Positions 57,394 through 64,000 of a stretch of DNA of 64,000 nucleotides are shown one piece after another; the first letter of the stretch is position 1; each line of letters begins with the position of its first letter. Where the stretch lies: the NCBI GenBank assembly GCA_021790235.1, contig JAJYID010000001.1, positions 107,228-171,227 on the forward strand, given 5' to 3'. Source of the stretch: a bacterium. Lineage in GTDB: Bacteria > Patescibacteriota > CPR2 > UBA1875 > JAJYID01. The notes under the pieces were generated by a model. It searched no databases. It was not told the origin of the DNA and was given only the letters and a program-made list of their open reading frames with translations. A program made the translations under genes and the position numbers.

Positions 57394-58500
57394 ATGAATG
57401 AACTAACGGAGTTTGATTTTTCTAAAGAAATCGACCAGAAAGCATTTCTTGGGATAAAAGAGGAATTTCCAGTAAAGGCAGGCGATATGGTTAAGAGTGC
57501 TGAGGCGCAAGCTTGGAAAGAACATCTTCTTAAATATGCCTTGGAAAATTATCAGGAGTATCTTTACCCAGATCCTAAAATTTCACCTAAGACTCAAGAA
57601 TCTCGTGATAATTTTGTTTTTGCAATGAAAAATTTTACAGAAAAGCAAAATCAGTTAATTTCTGACCATTATGAGCATGGTGTTAGCTCAGAAATGATAG
57701 ACGAAATTATGGAAAAACTAAATGTTAGAGACGATCAAGTACCTACAGATGAAGAAGAGCTTAATAAATTTATTACACGAATTGTGCTTAAAGATCTAAG
57801 CTATCAGGTTGCGTTTAATGAGAGAGAACACAAGAAAACAGCCTTTGAAGGTTTTGAGGATGATAAGGACTTCCGAGATGTAGAAGGAATTATAAAAAAA
57901 GCATTTTCCGGAAAACTTTTGTCTCGTTGTCTCACGTCGAGGGTTTCCTATAATCCCAATGAAGTGAATGTGGAGATTTCTGGAAATGACTTTTATCTTC
58001 CATTGGAAAAATACAAAGATTGGAAAGCTAAAATGCCTTCAGTCGCAGATTATAAATATAGGGGCGAATCCTTTAGTTCTTGGAACGCGGATCTTGATCA
58101 TAGAGTTTCTGATATTTATGCGTCTTATCCGATTTATATTTATAGTTTTGAAGGAGAAGATTTAGCTCACTATGAATATTTGAAGGGTTTGCCAGGAAAA
58201 GAGAAGATGAGGATTTATAAAATTGGCACGGTGTGCCATGAATTGGGGCATTCAATTTATGATTATTTAATGGGCAGAGAAAAAAGGAGTAAATGGGAAG
58301 AGTTAATAAATATGGTAGGATATTTAACTCATTACTCCAAAAATTATGCTTCTGGCGTGTGCAGTGAGAAACTGAACTATAAGGAGGAATTTGCTGAGGC
58401 GGTAAGATTAAAAACAACCAGACCTGATTATTTGAAGAAAAGCTTTCCAGATATCTTTGAATATTTGGACTCAGAATTTCCGGAGCTTAAAGCTATTTAA
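57394..58500 (+). CDS. Hypothetical HExxH zinc-metallopeptidase-like protein
   Basis: VCHELGHSIYD with a downstream EEFAEAVR (possible third ligand). taaaat lies 7 nt upstream of the ATG. Confidence 0.55.
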   Translation: MNELTEFDFSKEIDQKAFLGIKEEFPVKAGDMVKSAEAQAWKEHLLKYALENYQEYLYPDPKISPKTQESRDNFVFAMKNFTEKQNQLISDHYEHGVSSEMIDEIMEKLNVRDDQVPTDEEELNKFITRIVLKDLSYQVAFNEREHKKTAFEGFEDDKDFRDVEGIIKKAFSGKLLSRCLTSRVSYNPNEVNVEISGNDFYLPLEKYKDWKAKMPSVADYKYRGESFSSWNADLDHRVSDIYASYPIYIYSFEGEDLAHYEYLKGLPGKEKMRIYKIGTVCHELGHSIYDYLMGREKRSKWEELINMVGYLTHYSKNYASGVCSEKLNYKEEFAEAVRLKTTRPDYLKKSFPDIFEYLDSEFPELKAI

Positions 58501-58501
58501 C

Positions 58502-58954
58502 ATGAAAATATTATCTAAAAGCTCTAATGAAACGATTAAACTAGGTGAAGAAGTTGGCAAAAAGCTCTCCGGTGGAGAGATCTTTGCGCTTTACGGCGAT
58601 CTTGGCGGCGGGAAAACCCAGTTTACCAAAGGCATTGCTCTAGGCCTTGGCATCTCCGATCATATTCTTTCCCCGACATTCACCATTCGCCGCGAATATG
58701 AAGGTAAGAGACTGCATTTGCTGCATTACGATTTCTACCGATTTGAAGCTCCAGATCGGGAGCTAATTGAAAGTATGAAAGAAGGTATTGATCTTGATAA
58801 TGTGACGGCGATAGAATGGGCGGAGCGAGTGGAGAAACATTTGCCGAAAGACACGATTCAAGTCAGTTTTAAATACATTTCGGAAAACGAACGGGAAATA
58901 GAGATAGAAAATTATAATCCAGAACGTCATTCTGAGGAACGACGAATCTTATGA
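58502..58954 (+). CDS. tsaE: tRNA t6A biosynthesis ATPase TsaE
   Basis: GDLGGGKTQFTKG P-loop. The last approximately 10 codons (ERHSEERRIL) are encoded by a repeat unit. Confidence 0.85.
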   Translation: MKILSKSSNETIKLGEEVGKKLSGGEIFALYGDLGGGKTQFTKGIALGLGISDHILSPTFTIRREYEGKRLHLLHYDFYRFEAPDRELIESMKEGIDLDNVTAIEWAERVEKHLPKDTIQVSFKYISENEREIEIENYNPERHSEERRIL

Positions 58955-58993
58955 GATCTTTCCTTGTCCTTTCGGGAAGTCGTTCAAGATGAT
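58925..58993. repeat. Two inverted hairpin repeat units (58925-58948 on +, 58955-58993 on -)
   Basis: cgtcattctgaggaacgacgaatc on the + strand, and the reverse complement atcatcttgaacgacttcccgaaaggacaaggaaagatc. Confidence 0.65.
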
Positions 58994-59007
58994 AGAAAGA
59001 AAAGATT

Positions 59008-59289
59008 GTGTCATATTACGTCTACATTTTAGCAAATAGAAATAACAAAGTGCTTTATACGGGTATGACTAATAATCTCGAAAGAAGAATTTTCGAACAC
59101 AAAAATAAATTGATTAGGGGTTTTACCGAAAAATATAATTTGAATAAATTAGTATATTTTGAGGAATTTCCTACACCAAAAGAGGCCATAGAAAGTGAAA
59201 AAATGATTAAGGGATGGATTAGAAAAAAGAAAATTAAACTGATAGAATCAAAAAATATAAACTGGGATGATTTATCATTGTCATTCTGA
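59008..59289 (+). CDS. GIY-YIG nuclease family protein (UPF0213/YhbQ-like)
   Basis: YYVYILANRNNKVLYTGMTNNLERRIFEHK (GIY...YTG...R..EH), with a GTG start. Confidence 0.85.
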   Translation: MSYYVYILANRNNKVLYTGMTNNLERRIFEHKNKLIRGFTEKYNLNKLVYFEEFPTPKEAIESEKMIKGWIRKKKIKLIESKNINWDDLSLSF

Positions 59290-59411
59290 CGAAGGAAGAA
59301 TCTTTTTTGAGATCCTTCGTCGTTCCTCCTCAGGATGACAACTAAAGTATTAAGGATGACAATAATCAAAGACAATGTAACTAAGCCGGTCATTCTGAGG
59401 AACGAATAATC
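59279..59411. repeat. Cluster of hairpin repeat units (59279-59302 on +, 59311-59340 on -, 59388-59411 on +)
   Basis: tgtcattctgacgaaggaagaatc; the reverse complement tgtcatcctgaggaggaacgacgaaggatc; and ggtcattctgaggaacgaataatc. Confidence 0.7.
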
Positions 59412-59425
59412 TCATAAGAAAAATT

Positions 59426-59842
59426 ATGCAAAATACATTAGTCATAGACACATCGGATAAAGTTGCCAGATTTGGTTTGTTTTGTGATAACGAATTGGCA
59501 GACAGGCTGAGGTGGGAAGCGCATCGGGAGCTTTCCAAGACATTCTATACAAAACTCGATGAACTATTGGGCCACAACGGATTAAATTACCAGGATTTAA
59601 ATTCGATTATCGTTGTTTGCGGTCCCGGATCTTTCACTGGTCTGCGAATTAGCATCGTCATTGTAAATGCCTTTTCTTATGCTCTAAATATTGAAACAGC
59701 TGGTGTGGTTCAGGAAGAAAAAATGACTCTAAAAGAAATTTTTAACGCCGGTCAAAAAAAACTAAAAAAGAACCAAATTCTCGAACCTTTTTACGGCCGA
59801 AAACCAAATATTACCCAGAGAAAGAAGAAATTTCCGTCTTGA
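59426..59842 (+). CDS. tsaB: tRNA t6A biosynthesis protein TsaB (short form)
   Basis: LVIDTS... and VVCGPGSFTGLRISIVIVNAFSYAL. Confidence 0.8.
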   Translation: MQNTLVIDTSDKVARFGLFCDNELADRLRWEAHRELSKTFYTKLDELLGHNGLNYQDLNSIIVVCGPGSFTGLRISIVIVNAFSYALNIETAGVVQEEKMTLKEIFNAGQKKLKKNQILEPFYGRKPNITQRKKKFPS

Positions 59843-59954
59843 AAAATGGCTAAAATAGGAGTATAGTTGTGGCAGTAAATTAAAAAATTAAATTTACCGA
59901 TATAACTAAAAACTTTTATTTTCACCTAATTTGAAGAGAATGTTTAAGTAAAAA

Positions 59955-60202
59955 GATTCTCGTGGGATGTTTATCCGACCCTTGGCGGGCAGGAATGACA
60001 GGCTGGGTGGATATAAGCAAAAAACAAGGATTTCTAAATAAAGTATGACAGAAAATTGCTAGAAAATTTGGCTTTGGACAGGTATTTTTAGTTATTTCTC
60101 GGTACTCACATTGAGTCATCTTGAACGAAGTCGAGGGATCCCTTAAAATCAGGGAAAGGGGTTTCTCCGTTTGCCACTAGCATGGTGTTGGTCGAAATGA
60201 CA
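59955..60202. repeat. Nest of hairpin repeat units upstream of rny (59955-60000 on -, 60114-60140 on +, 60160-60202 on -)
   Basis: Reverse complement tgtcattcctgcccgccaagggtcggataaacatcccacgagaatc; agtcatcttgaacgaagtcgagggatc; and reverse complement tgtcatttcgaccaacaccatgctagtggcaaacggagaaacc. Confidence 0.65.
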
Positions 60203-60228
60203 AAGTGGGAAGAAAAAAGAGGTAGAAG

Positions 60229-61755
60229 ATGGAACCTATCACATTGGTTCTGATTTTAGCTGGGCTGGCAGCCGGCGGAGCCGGAGGATATTATGGCCGG
60301 AAAATGAAGTCTCAAGATGCGCTTGAGAAATCCCAGAAAGAAGCAGACAAAATAAAAAGTGAGGCGGCAAAAGAGGCCAAGGAAGAAGTTTTAAAGGCCA
60401 AAGAAGAAGCGCTGAAAATCAAAGAAGAGGCTAAAAAAGAAGAGAAGGAAAGGCGCGACCAGATCGTCGTAAGCGAAAAGAGAAACATTGATAAGGAAAA
60501 AGTTCTTGATGAACGTACGAAGAAGCTTGATGAGACTCGTGACAAAGTAGAAAAAGACAAAGAAGAAGTTGAAGGCATAAAAAATAATCTCCGCGACATC
60601 AGAAAGAAGCAAATGGCGGCGCTTGAAAAGATTTCCAAGCTTTCAACAGATAAGGCAAAAGAAAAACTGCTTGAAATTGTAGAGAGGGATTATAAACGGG
60701 ATGTGCTTGATCTTATTAAAAAAGTTGAGGCGGAGACAAAGGAAGAAGCAGACAAAAAAGCCCGGGAAATTCTCTCAACTGCCATTCAGCGTCTAGCAGG
60801 TGATATGACATCTGAGACGACTGTGACGGCAGTTCAACTGCCAAACGATGAAATGAAAGGCCGCATTATTGGTCGTGAAGGCCGAAACATTCAGGCTATC
60901 GAACGTGCTACCGGATGCGATATCATCGTTGATGACACGCCTGAGACGATCGTTATTTCCGGCTTTGATCCGGTGCGGCGCCACGTGGCCAAAAGAGCGC
61001 TTGAATCAATAATGAAGGATGGCAGAATTCATCCGACAAAAATTGAGGAAGCGGTGGCAAAGGCTCAAAAAGAAATTGATAAAGAAATCAAGGAAGCCGG
61101 CGAGCAAGCGGTGTACAAAACCGGTGTTGCAGGGCTACCATCTGATTTAGTGAAAGTCTTGGGACGGCTAAAATTTCGAACCTCTTATGGCCAGAATGTC
61201 TTGCAGCATTCCATGGAATGCTCATACTTGGCTGGTGCTCTTGCCAGTGAGCTTGGCGCAGATGTGAACTTAGCTAAAAAAGCTGCTTTGCTTCATGATA
61301 TTGGTAAAGCGGTTGATCAGGAGATAGAGGGTTCGCATGCAGCTATCGGTCGGGATATTGCCAAGAAGTTTGGGCTCGATGAGAAGATTATCAATGCTAT
61401 CGAAGCTCACCACGAGGAAACGGAATTTAAATCAGTCGAAGCGATTGTGGTTCAAGTTGCCGATATGATTTCCGGCGGAAGGCCGGGTGCACGGCGTGAC
61501 ACTATGGAAGCCTATATCAAAAGGCTTACCGAGCTTGAAAATATCGCCAATTCCTTTGATGGTGTTGAGAAATCATTTGCTATTCAGGCCGGACGCGAGG
61601 TTAGAGTATTGGTTTCGCCGGAGCAACTCGATGATCTAAAAAGCGAGAAATTAGCCAAAGAAATTGCCACAAAAATAGAAAAAGATCTAAAGTATCCCGG
61701 ACAGATAAAGGTTAATGTTATACGGGAAAAGAGAATTACGGAATATGCGAAATAA
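60229..61755 (+). CDS. rny: Ribonuclease Y
   Basis: N-terminal transmembrane segment, K/E coiled-coil, KH domain ([15 protein letters not shown]) and HD domain (LLHDIGKA). Confidence 0.95.
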   Translation: MEPITLVLILAGLAAGGAGGYYGRKMKSQDALEKSQKEADKIKSEAAKEAKEEVLKAKEEALKIKEEAKKEEKERRDQIVVSEKRNIDKEKVLDERTKKLDETRDKVEKDKEEVEGIKNNLRDIRKKQMAALEKISKLSTDKAKEKLLEIVERDYKRDVLDLIKKVEAETKEEADKKAREILSTAIQRLAGDMTSETTVTAVQLPNDEMKGRIIGREGRNIQAIERATGCDIIVDDTPETIVISGFDPVRRHVAKRALESIMKDGRIHPTKIEEAVAKAQKEIDKEIKEAGEQAVYKTGVAGLPSDLVKVLGRLKFRTSYGQNVLQHSMECSYLAGALASELGADVNLAKKAALLHDIGKAVDQEIEGSHAAIGRDIAKKFGLDEKIINAIEAHHEETEFKSVEAIVVQVADMISGGRPGARRDTMEAYIKRLTELENIANSFDGVEKSFAIQAGREVRVLVSPEQLDDLKSEKLAKEIATKIEKDLKYPGQIKVNVIREKRITEYAK

Positions 61756-61922
61756 CGTTGGAATCTGGAATTTTGAAACTAGAACAGGAATTGTGAATAT
61801 TAAATATGTGTACTGTCACGGATTGAAACAGCAATTATAACTCCTCCATTCTATATTCTTACTCTAAATACAAAATACTCAATTATTCTGCCTAGAATAT
61901 ATGAAATTAAGTTAAACTTTTT

Positions 61923-62729
61923 ATGGCAACTAAAGCAAAAAAAACAATTAGGATCCTTTTTATTGCTGATATTGTTGGGTGTGCTGGCCGTAAGACCGTT
62001 AATGAAATCCTTCCAAATCTCAAAAAAGGAGAAGGAATAGATTTCGTTGTGGCAAACGGCGAGAATATGACGACTGGTAATGGGATGACAAAAGGTACGA
62101 TGGAAGCAATACTTGAATCAGGGGTGAATTTTTTCACCGCTGGTAATCATATTTGGAAAAAACCTGAGTTTTTGGATGAACTTGAAAAAAAAGAAACGCC
62201 TGTTGTACGTCCGGCAAACTATCCCGAGGATTCACCCGGCAAAGGGTATAAAATATTGAAAACTGATTTTGGCCGGCTTTTGATAGTTAGTTTGCTAGGA
62301 CGAGAAGGTATAAACGCGCAAGTTGAGTCACCCTTTAAATCTATTGATGATATTTTAGAAGCGACAAAAGGGAAATATGATATTTCATTAGTTGATTTTC
62401 ATGCCGAGGTGACCAGTGAAAAAGTGGCTATGGGGTACTACCTTGATGGTAGGGTTAATGTTGTTGTGGGTACTCATACTCACGTTCCTACTGCAGATGC
62501 CAGAATTCTGCCAAAGGGTACCGCTTATATTAGCGATGCCGGAATGACGGGTATACAGGAGTCAGTTTTGGGTGTAAAAACTGACATAATTATTCGACTT
62601 TTTACAACCGGTATGCCTCAAAAGTTTGAGCAGGAGACAGAAGGGCCGAAAGTTTTCAATTCAGTTATGGTTGACATAAGTACTGATAGAAAAGTAAAAT
62701 CCATTGTTAGACTTGATAGATATATTTGA
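61923..62729 (+). CDS. ymdB: YmdB-type (TIGR00282) metallophosphoesterase
   Basis: ILFIADIVGCAGR, ANGENMTTGNG, and VDFHAEVTSEK. The rny-ymdB gene order is conserved. Confidence 0.85.
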   Translation: MATKAKKTIRILFIADIVGCAGRKTVNEILPNLKKGEGIDFVVANGENMTTGNGMTKGTMEAILESGVNFFTAGNHIWKKPEFLDELEKKETPVVRPANYPEDSPGKGYKILKTDFGRLLIVSLLGREGINAQVESPFKSIDDILEATKGKYDISLVDFHAEVTSEKVAMGYYLDGRVNVVVGTHTHVPTADARILPKGTAYISDAGMTGIQESVLGVKTDIIIRLFTTGMPQKFEQETEGPKVFNSVMVDISTDRKVKSIVRLDRYI

Positions 62730-62846
62730 AAGCTGTTGTAAGAACAAAGAATCTGTGCTATAAATCGTATTACTTTGATTAAAGATTATTAAAATAAATA
62801 ATTTAAATTTCCGGCGGAAACACCGCGGATAAAAATAGGAGAAAAA

Positions 62847-63119
62847 ATGACAAAACATGATTTAGTAGAAACTCTATCAAAGGAAACGGGATATTCTAAA
62901 AAGGAAGTTGAATCTTTTTTAAAAATTCTAACTACAACAATCACAAATAAGGTAAAAAACGGCGAGAAAGTGGCAGTTACAGGATTTGGGACATTTGATC
63001 TGGGTAAACGCGCTTCAAGAAGAGGCAGAAATCCTCAAACGGGTGATTACATCACCATCCCTGAGATGAAAATGCCAAGGTTTAGAGCCGGCAAAAACTT
63101 GAAAGAATCTGTTCGATAA
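62847..63119 (+). CDS. hup: HU family DNA-binding protein
   Basis: MTKHDLVETLSKETG...FGTFDLGKRASRRGRNPQTGDYITIPEMKMPRFRAGK. Confidence 0.92.
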   Translation: MTKHDLVETLSKETGYSKKEVESFLKILTTTITNKVKNGEKVAVTGFGTFDLGKRASRRGRNPQTGDYITIPEMKMPRFRAGKNLKESVR

Positions 63120-63137
63120 CATATTTATTTCAATGTA

Positions 63138-63161
63138 AGAGGCACTTTCAAAGTGTCTTTT
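63138..63161 (+). terminator. Intrinsic terminator after hup
   Basis: 10-bp stem agaggcactt/aagtgtcttt (two G-U pairs) running into a T-run. Confidence 0.6.
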
Positions 63162-63284
63162 ATATTGGGAGAAAAAGGTTTTTAGGGTATAATATCTGAG
63201 TAAATGACCAATGTCCAATTTTCAATGCTAATCAATGACTAATTTATTAATTTTCAAATTTAGAAATTGGGATTTGACTAGTCA

Positions 63285-64000
63285 TTAGATATTGTAAATT
63301 ATAAATTTCCGCGGGGTGTGGCGCAGTTGGCTAGCGCGCCTGCTTTGGGAGCAGGAGGCCGGAGGTTCGAGTCCTCTCACCCCGACCAGGTTTGACTTAT
63401 TCAAACCATCGCCTGAAAAGATTTCGTGGAAGAGATCGGTGTATTCCGGCTCTTTCATTTTCCTGCCCTTTTCACCAATGAATATTTTCTTGAAGAAAGA
63501 CTGGTTCATTAATCGCCGGTTGTCGCCTTCAGCCTTTAGATAAGCCTTGTGGCAATTTCCGGCAAGCTTGATTGCCATTTCCAGTAGCTCCTGGACGTTC
63601 TCGTGTTTTCCGTCGATCACTTTGAGCTGATCCTCGGCTAGTCCGATTTCATTGACAAGTCTTTCCTGTTCGCCTTTTAAGATATCGATTAGGATAGCTC
63701 CTGCCATATATGCTTCAACCAGTTTGTATCGCTTGTCATTCAGCTCCTCGATTTTTTTGATAAGCCGCTTTCTTTGGAGGATTGACGATGCCTGCTGATT
63801 GACGATTTCCTTTTCCATGATCTTCTTGAGTTTCGCAACGGTCTCAGGCGGCAGTTGAATATCCTTGTAGAGGTCCTCGATTTTCTTTTCCACCCAGTCG
63901 GCGTCCACATATTTCTGAGAGCAGCCGTTATGCTTTTTCTGCCCCAGGCAGTAGAAGTAGGGATATTTGCCCTTGGCCAGCAGGAAGGAGAGGCGGGAGC
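63285..64000 (-). CDS. Large serine recombinase, C-terminal part (5' end beyond the window); the ORF tail runs antisense through tRNA-Pro
   Basis: The frame is open to the window edge: ...GKYPYFYCLGQKKHNGCSQKYVDADWVEKKIEDLY (zinc-ribbon region) followed by a long coiled-coil. The last approximately 35 codons (VGVRGLEPP...) are the antisense of the tRNA. Confidence 0.75.
   Translation of the reverse strand, partial: SRLSFLLAKGKYPYFYCLGQKKHNGCSQKYVDADWVEKKIEDLYKDIQLPPETVAKLKKIMEKEIVNQQASSILQRKRLIKKIEELNDKRYKLVEAYMAGAILIDILKGEQERLVNEIGLAEDQLKVIDGKHENVQELLEMAIKLAGNCHKAYLKAEGDNRRLMNQSFFKKIFIGEKGRKMKEPEYTDLFHEIFSGDGLNKSNLVGVRGLEPPASCSQSRRASQLRHTPRKFIIYNI
63312..63388 (+). tRNA. tRNA-Pro (anticodon TGG), CCA encoded
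   Basis: Manual fold: acceptor cggggtg/caccccg, anticodon stem cctgc/gcagg with loop tttggga, and T arm ggagg-ttcgagt-cctct. Confidence 0.9.

Noticed and set aside
1-64000. Alternative genetic code (UGA recoding, as in some candidate phyla).
   Set aside because: TGA terminates well-conserved genes at their expected ends (mutM 4806-4808, the PspC gene, tsaE and others). Conserved proteins show no in-frame TGA, so code 11 fits.

Overview
AT-rich, gene-dense bacterial chromosomal window with about 75 protein genes, 2 tRNAs and no rRNA or CRISPR. TGA, TAA and TAG all act as stops at the conserved ends of recognisable genes, so this is the standard code 11. Most genes are on the + strand and are housekeeping: polA 3' end, mutM, holA, rpsT, truB-rpsO-pnp, rnj, ftsK, plsX, rpsF-ssb-rpsR, efp, tlyA, ychF, yebC-ruvC-ruvA-ruvB, tsaE/tsaB, rny-ymdB and hup. 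The repertoire looks like a small-genome monoderm or Patescibacteria/CPR-like organism; that placement is inference from gene content, not a database result. The main accessory content falls into seven groups. (1) A 13-kb type IV pilus locus (pilMNO, pilB, pilT, pilC, three tandem pilins, pilD, four minor pilins, no secretin) is interrupted by a RAYT/IS200-like Y1 transposase with perfect 14-bp inverted repeats. It is followed by xerC and a two-gene comEC. (2) Two large secreted proteins sit just upstream of the pilus locus, one carrying a perfect 223-bp internal duplication. (3) A dispersed family of miniature hairpin repeats (termini TGTCATY...RATGACA) occurs at 9 loci. It includes apparently in-frame insertions in the UDG and tlyA coding regions, a copy between a duplicated mutM start, and a dense nest around a GIY-YIG nuclease gene wedged between tsaE and tsaB. 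(4) An approximately 78-bp inverted repeat pair brackets a 6-kb block (udg-rnj-ftsK-rodZ). (5) At least eleven genes have a TATAAT-like box 6-7 nt upstream of the start codon, suggesting leaderless mRNAs. (6) A large serine recombinase gene runs antisense through tRNA-Pro at the right edge, probably marking the boundary of an integrated element. (7) Two genes are apparently frameshifted in A-rich sequence. All functional calls come from motif recognition in the supplied translations. No searches were run.
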